Assembly: GCA_039793395.1 (NCBI GenBank)
Contig: JBAMLV010000020.1
Location: 4,418-68,417, forward strand
Source: a bacterium
Lineage (GTDB): Bacteria; Hydrothermota; Tepidihabitantia; Tepidihabitantales; Tepidihabitantaceae
Length of the DNA stretch: 64,000 nucleotides
Reading direction: 5' to 3'
In this document: one piece after another, positions 26,047-35,046 of the stretch
Position numbering within the stretch: position 1 is the stretch's first letter
How the letters are laid out: each line of letters starts with the position of its first letter
Translations under genes and position numbers: made by a program
The notes under the pieces: model-generated
Told to the model about the DNA's origin: nothing
What the model saw: only the letters and a program-made list of their open reading frames with translations
Database searches by the model: none

Positions 26047-27594
26047 ATGAAGGTCAAACTCGCGGGCTTCAACATTGAGCAGGAGCTGATTGAGAATTTG
26101 ACGAAGAATCGCCGGGTGGTGCCAACACCAGAGACAATTGCTGCCGCTTATGCCCGGGTGAGCCGGAGTAAAAAGTCGGTTGAGGCGCTGCGCAGCGAGG
26201 CGCGGCGGGAACTGAAAAAGGCGCGGCAGTCAAATCAGACGATTGTTTTTGAGATGGGCCACCACTCAATTGCCGAGCATGCGGTATTTAACTTTGACAT
26301 TGAGGGCGTTTCCCGGCTGGCGGTGGAGGCAATTGAGCATCACCGGCTGGCATCGTTTACCGAGCGTTCGCAGCGTTATGTGCAACTGGAAGAGCGGTTT
26401 GTTGTGCCCCCCGAGATTCAGGATTCGGAGTTTTTGAGCGACTATCTGAATCTGATGCGGATTCAGTATGAGACCTATAACCGGCTGGTGGAGCGGCTGA
26501 AGGAGCATTTTGCCCAGACCCGGACCGACTTGAAGGAGCACCCGGAACGGCTCGAAAATCTCGCCAAGGAGGATGCCCGTTATATCACGCCGCTGGCAAC
26601 CCAGACCCAGCTCGGAATGACCATCAATGCCCGGACCCTGGAGTATATGCTCAGAAGGATGGCGGCAAGTGAACTTGCCGAGGTGCGGAGCCTGAGCGCC
26701 GAATTGCTCCAGGAGGCAGAGGTGGTTGCACCATCGCTTTTGATCTTCACCGGACCGACCGAATATGAGCGGCAGACCTATCAGCGGCTGGCAGAGTTTG
26801 CCGGCAGTTTTATGACCCGGCCGTTTCCGCGCCGGCCGCGTAATCTGATTGCGATGTCGGCTTCGGATGTGACGCTGGTTGATTATACCCAGAATGCGGA
26901 TAATAAACTGCTGGCGGCACTGCTGCACACCACCTCGCAGGCAACCTATGCCGAGTGCTTTTCCCGGTCGGAGAAGCAGACCCTTGCCCGGAAAAAGGAG
27001 ATTTTCAAACTTGCCTGTCAGGACCTGCAGGCTTATGATGCGGTTTTGCGGGAGTTTGAGCATCTGTATGTGACCTTTGAACTGGTGATTTCGGCGGCAT
27101 GTTTTGCCCAGTTGAAGCGGCACCGTTTGACCACCATTACCTGTCAGCCCTATGACCCGGATTTGGGCTGGACGATTCCGGTTTCAATTGCCGAACTGAA
27201 GGAGCACAAAAGTTTCAAAGAGGTGCTGAGTCTGACCGAGGAGGTTTACGACAAAATTGCGGGTGTTAACCGGGCGGCGGCACAGTATGTGCTGACCAAT
27301 TCCCATCAGCGCCGGGTGCTTTTGACCCTGAATGCGCGCGAACTTTATCACCTTTCCCGGCTGCGCCAGGACACTTCGGCGCAGTGGGACATCCGGGACA
27401 TTGTCAGCCGGATGGTGGAGCAGGCACGGAATGTGATGCCGCTGACCTTGCTGCTTGCCGGGGGCAAGGACAGTTATCCGAGGGTTTATCAGGAACTTTT
27501 CGGTCAGGAGCCGAGGGTGGTCAAGCTGGAACTGCCTCCGCCCCGGCCCCGGGTGTCAAACAGTCAACCGCGGAATAATAACAAAAGGGATTAG
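26047..27594 (+). CDS. thyX: FAD-dependent thymidylate synthase with two ThyX-like domains
   Basis: GHHSIAEH, HHRLASFTERSQRYV, EDARYITP, AQWDIR; second half repeats the fold (EFEH, QLKRHRLTT, AAQYVLTN, LNARELYH). Confidence 0.85.
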   Translation: MKVKLAGFNIEQELIENLTKNRRVVPTPETIAAAYARVSRSKKSVEALRSEARRELKKARQSNQTIVFEMGHHSIAEHAVFNFDIEGVSRLAVEAIEHHRLASFTERSQRYVQLEERFVVPPEIQDSEFLSDYLNLMRIQYETYNRLVERLKEHFAQTRTDLKEHPERLENLAKEDARYITPLATQTQLGMTINARTLEYMLRRMAASELAEVRSLSAELLQEAEVVAPSLLIFTGPTEYERQTYQRLAEFAGSFMTRPFPRRPRNLIAMSASDVTLVDYTQNADNKLLAALLHTTSQATYAECFSRSEKQTLARKKEIFKLACQDLQAYDAVLREFEHLYVTFELVISAACFAQLKRHRLTTITCQPYDPDLGWTIPVSIAELKEHKSFKEVLSLTEEVYDKIAGVNRAAAQYVLTNSHQRRVLLTLNARELYHLSRLRQDTSAQWDIRDIVSRMVEQARNVMPLTLLLAGGKDSYPRVYQELFGQEPRVVKLELPPPRPRVSNSQPRNNNKRD

Positions 27595-27597
27595 GAG

Positions 27598-27948
27598 ATG
27601 ATTGTCAATAGTGAGGCGGAACTGAAACAGGCGGTAAAGAACAAAGAGCCGGAACTGGTGTTTACCGCGCCGGCGCTGATAAAAAAGGTAAACCGGCTGA
27701 TGGCATTACGGATGGCGGTCAATGTGCTCTTTTTTGCCATCCTCGGACTGGCGGTGCTGATGTGGGCAAATCCGCTGAAGATTGCCTTCTTTGAATCCGG
27801 CTCGGGCCGGCTGGTGCGGCAGATTATGCTTTTGGTCGGCATTGGTCTGCTCTTTGCCGATTATCTGATGCCGGTGGCAAGGCTTTATAAAATCAGCGCC
27901 AAAACCCAGGGGCAATTAAAACTGGTGTTAAGGCGGCCGCAGAAATAA
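27598..27948 (+). CDS. Small hypothetical membrane protein (2 TM)
   Basis: GGAG SD, two hydrophobic segments, fills the gap in a co-directional run. Confidence 0.65.
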   Translation: MIVNSEAELKQAVKNKEPELVFTAPALIKKVNRLMALRMAVNVLFFAILGLAVLMWANPLKIAFFESGSGRLVRQIMLLVGIGLLFADYLMPVARLYKISAKTQGQLKLVLRRPQK

Positions 27949-27961
27949 AAGGAGGTGTTGA

Positions 27962-29725
27962 ATGCGGTCGGTAATTTTAATTCTTATTTTGACCGGTTTC
28001 TCCTTTGCCCAGTTGAGTTATATTGAGTCCTCCAGCGGTTTTTATAACAGTCCGGGATTGGAGGAAGGCAGGACCGAGATTGAGTTTGCGGACATCAACG
28101 GTGATGGTAATGTGGATATCGTCTCAATTGGTGACCACGGCAGCCCCTATGTCAATACCCAGGAGCACGGGGTGATGGTCTGGTTTGGTGACGGCAATGG
28201 CAACTGGAATGTGTATCAGTATGGGAACTTCGGTTATGGCGGAATTGCGGTCGGTGATGTCAACCGGGATGGGAAATGGGATGTCGGCTATGGAATGCAT
28301 CACAACTATTCGGGTGAGGATTTGGGCGATGATATGCTGGAGGTGGCGCTGGGGGACGGTACCGGAATGATGTGGACCGCCTGGGATGACGGGTTGATGC
28401 CCGGGGGTGCGTGCTGGGGAATGTTTTCAACCGACTTTGCCGATATTGACCATGACGGTGACCTGGATGTCGGCTCCTGCTCATTTGGCTACGGTGTTGG
28501 ACTGAGGGTGTATCTAAATCAGGAGAACGGCACCTGGCAGCAGTGCTGGGGCACACCGGAAAGTATCAACAGCAGTATGGAGTTCTATTTCCGGGATGTG
28601 AACCGGGACGGCAATCCGGACATTATCACCGCTACTGCTGGTCCGGCGGTCTATTTTGGTGACGGTACGGGGCAGTTTTATCCTGGTGATTCCGGTCTGC
28701 CCAGGTCCAGTTACGGCTTTGAGGGGATATCGGCTGGTGATGTGGACAATGACGGCGGTGCTGATGTTGCACTGGTTAACGCCACGCGGGGAATTGAGGT
28801 CTGGCGGTATAACGAGCTAACCCGCGTCTGGGAAAATTTTTCCGGAACTCTGCCGGCGGTGGACAGTTTCTGGGCAACGCAACTGGTTGATATGAATCGG
28901 GACGGGTATGTTGACCTTCTGGGTTTACATCGGCGGTATGTGAAGGTCTGGGCCGGTGATGGTCAGGGCAACTGGCAGGAATTGGCAACGGTGGCACTAA
29001 ATCGCAGTACCGATTATGGGACATTCCGTGCCGGTGCCGATTTTGACCATAACGGCTTTCCGGATTTTGCCCTGATCGTGGAAGAAGGGACCTGGCCCAA
29101 TTATCGCAACTATGCCCGGGCGTTCCGGGAGACATCACCGAGGGAGAGTCTGAATATCTTTCCCGTGTTTCCCCGGGGTGGCGAGCGATTCTGGAACGGT
29201 TCGGTTCAGTTTATTGACTGGTGGAGTGAGGCACCGGGGGCAGAGTCAAGCCGGGTGCGGTTAGAACTATCGGTTAGCGGTCCGGCAGGACCATGGATGC
29301 TCATTGCCGACAGTTTGAAAAACAGCGGCCGGTTCCAATGGCTGGTGCCGGAGACGCTCAGTTCCCGGAACTGTTATATCCGGTATACCGTTTTCAAGGG
29401 CTCACAGCTCAGCAGTGCGGTTACACCCGGTCCATTCTTTATCGGCAATCCAGCCGGGGTTGCGGCTGAGCAGCCGGTTTTTTACGAGCCAGGATTTATC
29501 CAGATTGTGCCCAATCCAGCACGAGGGCGGACAAAAATTTTACTGTCCGCACCTTTGAACCGGGATGAGCTGGTAACGGTCGGTGATGTTACCGGCCGGG
29601 AGTTTTTCCGCTCGCAGGTAAGGGCGGGCGCCGGGCCGGTGGTGATTGATTTGCACCCGCTTAATCCGGGTGTTTATTTCATCCGGTTAAGCCGGTTCCA
29701 GACCCGTCTGACAGTAATAAAATAA
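27962..29725 (+). CDS. FG-GAP/VCBS repeat protein with T9SS-like C-terminal domain
   Basis: Signal peptide; repeated DxNxDG motifs (DINGDG, DVNRDG, DIDHDGD, DVDNDG, DMNRDG, DFDHNG); tail IVPNPA...LNPGVYFIRL. Confidence 0.85.
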   Translation: MRSVILILILTGFSFAQLSYIESSSGFYNSPGLEEGRTEIEFADINGDGNVDIVSIGDHGSPYVNTQEHGVMVWFGDGNGNWNVYQYGNFGYGGIAVGDVNRDGKWDVGYGMHHNYSGEDLGDDMLEVALGDGTGMMWTAWDDGLMPGGACWGMFSTDFADIDHDGDLDVGSCSFGYGVGLRVYLNQENGTWQQCWGTPESINSSMEFYFRDVNRDGNPDIITATAGPAVYFGDGTGQFYPGDSGLPRSSYGFEGISAGDVDNDGGADVALVNATRGIEVWRYNELTRVWENFSGTLPAVDSFWATQLVDMNRDGYVDLLGLHRRYVKVWAGDGQGNWQELATVALNRSTDYGTFRAGADFDHNGFPDFALIVEEGTWPNYRNYARAFRETSPRESLNIFPVFPRGGERFWNGSVQFIDWWSEAPGAESSRVRLELSVSGPAGPWMLIADSLKNSGRFQWLVPETLSSRNCYIRYTVFKGSQLSSAVTPGPFFIGNPAGVAAEQPVFYEPGFIQIVPNPARGRTKILLSAPLNRDELVTVGDVTGREFFRSQVRAGAGPVVIDLHPLNPGVYFIRLSRFQTRLTVIK

Positions 29726-29738
29726 AAAGGAGGAAGCG

Positions 29739-30587
29739 ATGGGACAAAAAAAAGTGGCGGTGCTGGCAGCGGTGTTGATTTTAGCGCTGTTCGGCTGCCA
29801 TAAGCAGGATGTTGCTGCTGACCGGGCAGCGATTATAGCGCTGGTGGAGAAGGATACGGTTCACTTTTCTGCCAGCACCAGCCACGATTCAACCACTGGT
29901 GGTGGTTACTTTGCTGCCGGCGAAACGCTGATTTTCTGGTGGCGCGGTCCGCAGACTCATGATACCGCCGTGATTAATGTGGAGATTCAGGGCGACTCGG
30001 CAGTGGTCTCCTGGTCCAGACACAACTTCGGCTATCTGCACATCCTGGCACAGGTGCCGGATACCGCACTCCAGTTGTGGAACAAAAATCTGGTGGAGAC
30101 AGCCCGGTTGCGTGCTATCTTCCGGCGTGAGGGCAAGGAGTCGGATACTGACCGGGGCTGGCGGCTGAAAAAGATTTCGCTGGCGACCGCAGCGTCCGAT
30201 TCGGTCAACACCGTGCGGATTGATTCGGTTCGGATTCAGAGTTCACTCCGGGGAATTACCATCCGGGCGCCATTGGCAACCTATTTTGCGCTGGACAGCC
30301 TGTTCTGGTTCACCCCGGGTGAGGAGGTGACGGTCACCCTCTGGACCAATGCGACCGAAGGTGTTGCCTTTCTCCATACCTTTATATTAATCTGGCCCTT
30401 TTATGTCCGGGTGCCGTTTCCATATCAGGGCAACGGGGTTTTCCAGGGCACCTGGCATGCTCAGGTGGTGCCTTCGTTCCGGTTTGCCATCTTTGACCTG
30501 ATGGCGCGCTCAACTCTCTATACGCCGGATGCACCCTATGACTTCAACGGCTGGCTCTTCCCCTATCAGGTTAGAACTGCGGACTAA
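29739..30587 (+). CDS. Hypothetical lipoprotein
   Basis: AAAGGAGG SD; basic N-terminus, hydrophobic core, lipobox LFGC. Confidence 0.7.
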   Translation: MGQKKVAVLAAVLILALFGCHKQDVAADRAAIIALVEKDTVHFSASTSHDSTTGGGYFAAGETLIFWWRGPQTHDTAVINVEIQGDSAVVSWSRHNFGYLHILAQVPDTALQLWNKNLVETARLRAIFRREGKESDTDRGWRLKKISLATAASDSVNTVRIDSVRIQSSLRGITIRAPLATYFALDSLFWFTPGEEVTVTLWTNATEGVAFLHTFILIWPFYVRVPFPYQGNGVFQGTWHAQVVPSFRFAIFDLMARSTLYTPDAPYDFNGWLFPYQVRTAD

Positions 30588-31065
30588 GATGTTTATTTGA
30601 TTTAATGGGAGGGCTTTGCTCTCCCATTTTTATTTTTTCCCGCATCCGGGCGATTAGCATTTCCGGCTGCGTGCACTGGCGGGCGAGTTGTTCAAACGGA
30701 CAGATGCCGGTGCCGGTCCGGTTGCTGATTTCGGCAACCAGCGTTTCGTAATAAAACGGGATTTGTGCTTCCCGGAGGCGGAGAGCAGCGTGAGCCGACA
30801 TCGTGCGGGCGATCACCTCCTTTACCCTCAGGTGGATGAAAATGGAGCCGGCACAGGTACCGACAATCCGGTCAACAACCGTGGCGCCGTTCAGTCCGGA
30901 AGGGAAAAGAGCGGTTAATTCCAGCAGCGGCTTAACGCCCGGTTCCCGGGAAACAAACAGAATCTTCCCGGATTTGAGTACAATCAGGCGGGCGCCTTTT
31001 CGGCCAAGCAGTTGAAGCAGGCTTTTTGCCCGAACCGGGCGGACCCGGGGTTTGTCCGCGGACAT
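30571..31065 (-). CDS. DUF1893 family protein
   Basis: GVKPLLEL, VVDRIVG, ISNRTGTGICPFEQ motifs. Confidence 0.75.
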   Translation of the reverse strand: MSADKPRVRPVRAKSLLQLLGRKGARLIVLKSGKILFVSREPGVKPLLELTALFPSGLNGATVVDRIVGTCAGSIFIHLRVKEVIARTMSAHAALRLREAQIPFYYETLVAEISNRTGTGICPFEQLARQCTQPEMLIARMREKIKMGEQSPPIKSNKHLSPQF

Positions 31066-31071
31066 AGAAAT

Positions 31072-31099
31072 ATTTTGAGCCTCAAAACTGTCAGGTCAA
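31072..31099 (-). promoter_or_regulatory. Promoter for DUF1893, leaderless geometry
   Basis: Minus strand TTGACC, 16 nt, CAAAAT, 6 nt, ATG. Confidence 0.5.
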
Positions 31100-31117
31100 A
31101 CATTTTTAAGATTTTTC

Positions 31118-31145
31118 TTGACAGCGGATGTTGAATTTGTATTTT
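31118..31145 (+). promoter_or_regulatory. Promoter for hydrogenase operon
   Basis: TTGACA (31118-31123), 16 nt, TATTTT (31140-31145), 7 nt, TTG 31153. Confidence 0.6.
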
Positions 31146-31152
31146 TTATTTC

Positions 31153-32166
31153 TTGGACACTTACTTCCTACCAAACGAGCAGCGCGGTTCCTGGCTTGCC
31201 CGACTGGCAGGTAAATTTGATGTTTTTTATCCGGGGGTGGTTGAGGAGCGGGTACACTGGCAGAAATACAACCCCTCAGATTTTCAGATTGAGCAGCTGG
31301 CGTTAAGGCAGATTCGTGCGGCGGAGCCGATCAAGCCTTTTCTTTTTGCCCCACGGGAACGGGTGGCATCATTCCCCGAACCGCTGGCGCCCGAACCGGA
31401 ACCGGTCCGGGTGCTTCTTTTTGGACTCAAGGGTTGTGATTTGCGCGGCCTCGCAGTTCATCAGAAGATGTTTCTGGAAGGTGAGTTTGCCGACCCGTTT
31501 TATGCCCGGCGGCGGCAAAACACCTATTTTATCTCTGCCGACTGTCCGGTACCGGAGAAGAGTTGCTTCTGCAATCTGCTGGGACTGAATCCGTTTGTGA
31601 CTGAGGGTGTGGATTTGAGCCTGACCGAATTGCCTGATGGCTGGTTGGTTGAGGTAATTTCGGAGCGGGGCCGGGAGCTGGTCGACAGTGAATTTAAGCC
31701 GGCGACCGAGGAGCAACTGCGCCGGCGCCAGGCACAACGGGACCAGGCGGTTCAGTTTTTAAAGGAGCAGAATCCTAAGCCCTTGAATCCGAATCTGGCG
31801 CAGGCAATTGCCGAACGGACCGGGGATACAAAATTCTGGGCCGAAGCCGCGGCAGGTTGTGTGGAGTGCTTTGGCTGTCTCACCACCTGCCCGACCTGCT
31901 TCTGCTTTCTGCTTTACGACCAGGGCAATGCCGAACAGTTTGAGCGCAGCAGGGTCTGGGATTTCTGCTATCTGCCAATGTATGCCCGGGTTGGCGGCGG
32001 TGCAAATCCGCGGCCGCGGTTTATCCAGCGGTTCATCAATCGGTTTCACTGTAAGTTTATGCACTTCAAGAACCAGAACGGCTTTTACGCCTGTTCCGGC
32101 TGCGGCCGGTGCTTCACCACCTGTATGGGTAAGATTGATATCCGCAACATTCTGGGGCAGTTATGA
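31153..32166 (+). CDS. 4Fe-4S dicluster protein, sulfhydrogenase beta subunit HydB / AsrA-like
   Basis: GLKGCDL, CPVPEKSCFC, CVECFGCLTTCPTCFCF, RFHCKF, CSGCGRCFTTCMGKIDI. Confidence 0.88.
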   Translation: MDTYFLPNEQRGSWLARLAGKFDVFYPGVVEERVHWQKYNPSDFQIEQLALRQIRAAEPIKPFLFAPRERVASFPEPLAPEPEPVRVLLFGLKGCDLRGLAVHQKMFLEGEFADPFYARRRQNTYFISADCPVPEKSCFCNLLGLNPFVTEGVDLSLTELPDGWLVEVISERGRELVDSEFKPATEEQLRRRQAQRDQAVQFLKEQNPKPLNPNLAQAIAERTGDTKFWAEAAAGCVECFGCLTTCPTCFCFLLYDQGNAEQFERSRVWDFCYLPMYARVGGGANPRPRFIQRFINRFHCKFMHFKNQNGFYACSGCGRCFTTCMGKIDIRNILGQL

Positions 32167-32978
32167 GCAATCCTTATCAGCCGGTTGTTACCAGAATCCT
32201 TAATGTCATTGAGGAAACCCCCAACATCCGGACCTTTGTTCTCAAGCCGGAAAAAGAGATTCCGTTTCTTGCCGGACAGTTTGTGGAACTGACCATTCCG
32301 GGATTTGGTGAGGCACCGTTTACCCCCTCATCTTCCCAGTTTCAGCGGGAGACCCTGGAGATGACGATTATGAGGGTGGGCAGGGCAACCTCGGCGCTTT
32401 TCACCCGGCAACCCGGTGATTTATTGGGCGTCCGTGGTCCATATGGCAAGCCCTATCCGCTGAAGGAGTTTGAGGGCCGGGATATATACATTGTTGGCGG
32501 CGGAGTTGGACTGGCACCCCTGCGTGCCCTGTTTCTGGCGCTGGTGCACGAGATTAAGAAATATGGCCGGATTTATCTCCGTTACGGTGCCCGGACTCCC
32601 AGGGATATCGTTTACAAGCAGCAGTTGAAGGAGTGGGAGAAAATCAATGGTGTGGACATTGACCTTTCGGTGGACAGTGCGACTGAGCCCTGGGAGCGGA
32701 AGGTGGGGGTGGTGACCTGTCTGATGGATGAAATTCCCTGCGATGTAAAGAAGAGCGTGGCGGTGGTGTGCGGGCCACCAATTATGATGAAGTTTGTCAC
32801 CAAAAGGCTGCTGGAAGCCGGGTTTCCGGGTAAGAACATCTATCTGTCAATGGAGATGAATATGTCCTGTGGGGTTGGTCAGTGCGGACACTGCCGGCTC
32901 GGGCCCTATTTTACCTGCAAGGATGGCCCGGTTCTCACCTGGGAGCAGATTAAGGACATTGAGGAGCCGTTCCTGTGA
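32163..32978 (+). CDS. FAD/NAD(P)-binding 2Fe-2S protein, sulfhydrogenase gamma subunit HydG / AsrB-like
   Basis: GQFVELT, GEAPFT, VRGPYG, GGGVGLAPLR, VCGPPIMM, MSCGVGQCGHC...CKDGPV. Confidence 0.9.
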   Translation: MSNPYQPVVTRILNVIEETPNIRTFVLKPEKEIPFLAGQFVELTIPGFGEAPFTPSSSQFQRETLEMTIMRVGRATSALFTRQPGDLLGVRGPYGKPYPLKEFEGRDIYIVGGGVGLAPLRALFLALVHEIKKYGRIYLRYGARTPRDIVYKQQLKEWEKINGVDIDLSVDSATEPWERKVGVVTCLMDEIPCDVKKSVAVVCGPPIMMKFVTKRLLEAGFPGKNIYLSMEMNMSCGVGQCGHCRLGPYFTCKDGPVLTWEQIKDIEEPFL

Positions 32979-34570
32979 AGACCGTCAGGAAATTTGTGTG
33001 CGACTTCTGTCTTAACGGGTGCAACATCGGGATTCTTTTTGACGGTTATCAGTACCGGATTGAGTATCTGACCGAGGAACCGCCCAATTACGGCCGGCTG
33101 TGTCCCAGGGGAAACAGTGCCAGTATCGTCATTGACCATCCGAAAAGGCTCTGCTATCCGCTCCTTGATGGCAAAGAGATAACCTGGCAGCAGGCGCTGA
33201 ATACGATTCAGCAGTGGCTGGATGAGTGTTCCGGCAGGGAACGGGCAGTTGTTTATAGCCGGGGGTTGAGTCCAGCAGAAGCGGCAACGGTTGCCGGTTT
33301 TGCCCGGCAGCTGGGAACGGAAAATCTGGTGTGCGGTTATCTGGAACCGGACAACTTTTTAGGTGTTCAGCTGGCAGGGGTGAGGAGGGCAAAACTGGAA
33401 GAGGTGCAGTCCGCCCGGGCAATCCTTTTGGTGGGTGATGTGTTCAGCGCTTCACCGGTGGCAGCAAAATTCATCCTTGACGCCCGGTATGCAGAAAGAA
33501 ATAGCCGGCTGGTGGTGATTGATTCCATCCGGACCAGGCAGTCTGGATTTGCCCAGCTGTTTCTGCTGGTGAAGCCCGGAACCGAATACCGGGCGCTGGC
33601 AGCAATTGCCGGTATCCTGGACCCGAAGCTGAATCTGGATGTTGACCGTTTTGCCGTTGAATGCGGGGTGGAGCGAAGCCGGCTGGAAGAGGCGGCGGCG
33701 ATTTTGAAATCCACGCCCGCAGGTCTGGTGGGCGCGGCTGCCAGTTTCGGCCGGGTTGCCAATCCCCTGCTCCACAGTTTGTGTGCCCAGCTGGTGGCAC
33801 TCAAGACCGACAAGCCCTTTGCCGGTTTTGCCGAGGCGCTGATTCCAAATGGAAGGCTAAGTTTCCAGCAGTTTCAGGAAAAGGTTGTTCAGGGGCAGAT
33901 TAAGATGATTTTCTGGTTTGGCGGGCTTTTCCCGTATAGCTATCCTGAAGTTTTCCCAGCGCTGAGTCAGGTTCGGTTTCGGGTAGCAACAACCATTTTC
34001 CGGTTGAGTTCACCCCTGCCCGGGCTGGTGCTGCCAGTGGTAAGTGAATTTGAGAAGTCCGGCAGCGGTGAAACTCTGTGGCGGCAGGTGAGCCGGGAGC
34101 CGGTTGTCAGACCGGTGAGCGGTTCAAGACTGATCAGTGAGATTATTCAAGGGATTACCGGCAGCACCGCTACCGAGTCCCTGAATGTGCCGGTGCCGGT
34201 TCAGGTTGATAAATTGCTGGAATGGTTAGCAGGTTCCCGCAAGCCGGAGCCGGTTTCCGGTTATCTATTGGTTGGCGAACGCCGGGCAATCGGCATCGGT
34301 GAGTTTTACGATTCAGAAGAAGAGATCACTGTTAATCCAGCGGATGCCCGGCAGCTCGGGGTGAAGGATGAGGAGCTGGTAACGGTGAAGAGCCGAACCG
34401 CCGAGGAGCAGTTCCGGGTGAAAGTTTCGGGTGCGGTACCGGCTGGTGTGCTGGTGGTCGGGGTTGACGCGCACCGGAACCGCCGGCTGTTTTCAGTAGA
34501 ATTTGACGAGCCGGGCGGCATTGCTACAATTCCACCGACCAAGGTTGAAGTATGGCGGACTCAGGGATAA
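32975..34570 (+). CDS. Molybdopterin-oxidoreductase-fold protein (NuoG C-half/Fdh alpha-like), apparently lacking the metal ligand
   Basis: CDFCLNGC...LCPRG 4Fe-4S motif, RLCYPL, ITWQQAL, LVVIDS, C-terminal VNPADARQLGVKDEELVTVKS domain; no C/U-H at the Fdh ligand position. Confidence 0.75.
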   Translation: MKTVRKFVCDFCLNGCNIGILFDGYQYRIEYLTEEPPNYGRLCPRGNSASIVIDHPKRLCYPLLDGKEITWQQALNTIQQWLDECSGRERAVVYSRGLSPAEAATVAGFARQLGTENLVCGYLEPDNFLGVQLAGVRRAKLEEVQSARAILLVGDVFSASPVAAKFILDARYAERNSRLVVIDSIRTRQSGFAQLFLLVKPGTEYRALAAIAGILDPKLNLDVDRFAVECGVERSRLEEAAAILKSTPAGLVGAAASFGRVANPLLHSLCAQLVALKTDKPFAGFAEALIPNGRLSFQQFQEKVVQGQIKMIFWFGGLFPYSYPEVFPALSQVRFRVATTIFRLSSPLPGLVLPVVSEFEKSGSGETLWRQVSREPVVRPVSGSRLISEIIQGITGSTATESLNVPVPVQVDKLLEWLAGSRKPEPVSGYLLVGERRAIGIGEFYDSEEEITVNPADARQLGVKDEELVTVKSRTAEEQFRVKVSGAVPAGVLVVGVDAHRNRRLFSVEFDEPGGIATIPPTKVEVWRTQG

Positions 34571-35046
34571 AGGTGCAGAGCCGGAAGCGGCTTTTTGTTC
34601 GGCTGGATTACTGTATTGGCTGCCGGTCGTGTGAGGCGGCATGCCGGAGCCGGTTCAAGGGTGAAGCCCGGGTCCGTTATGCCGAGGTGAATGAAACCAC
34701 ACTCATTCCCCTGCCCTGCCGGCACTGTGAGGAGCCGCTGTGTGCTGCTGCCTGTCCGTTTGAGGTTATTAGAAAGGATGAGCAGGGGGGGATTGTCTAT
34801 CAGTCCAGTGTTCACTGTGTCGGCTGTCGCTCCTGTATCCTTGCCTGTCCGTTCGGGGTGCTGGACAAAGAGCTGTTGCGCCGGATGGCACAGAAGTGCA
34901 ATCTGTGTCAGGACCGGCCTGAGGGCCCGCGCTGTGCTGCCAGCTGTCCGACCGGGGCGCTTTGCTTCATTGACGAGGGTGAAATTGCGGAGCAGCAGGT
35001 GGGTAAGCGGACAACCGCCCGGCTGCCGTTCTGGAGGCGGGTATGA
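34552..35046 (+). CDS. 4x[4Fe-4S] ferredoxin-like subunit (HycB/HydN-like)
   Basis: CIGCRSCEAAC, CRHCEEPLCAAACP, CVGCRSCILACP, KCNLC...PRCAASCPTGAL. Confidence 0.9.
   Translation: MADSGIKVQSRKRLFVRLDYCIGCRSCEAACRSRFKGEARVRYAEVNETTLIPLPCRHCEEPLCAAACPFEVIRKDEQGGIVYQSSVHCVGCRSCILACPFGVLDKELLRRMAQKCNLCQDRPEGPRCAASCPTGALCFIDEGEIAEQQVGKRTTARLPFWRRV

Noticed and set aside
9345-27123. Long antisense or alternate-frame ORFs (e.g. 9345-10013, 10208-10969, 15098-15769, 18614-19237, 26266-27123)
   Set aside because: Shadows of well-supported genes in high-GC DNA; no motifs or RBS.
32975-34570. Calling this formate dehydrogenase or a selenoprotein
   Set aside because: No C/U-H ligand motif and no in-frame TGA; too short for Fdh alpha.
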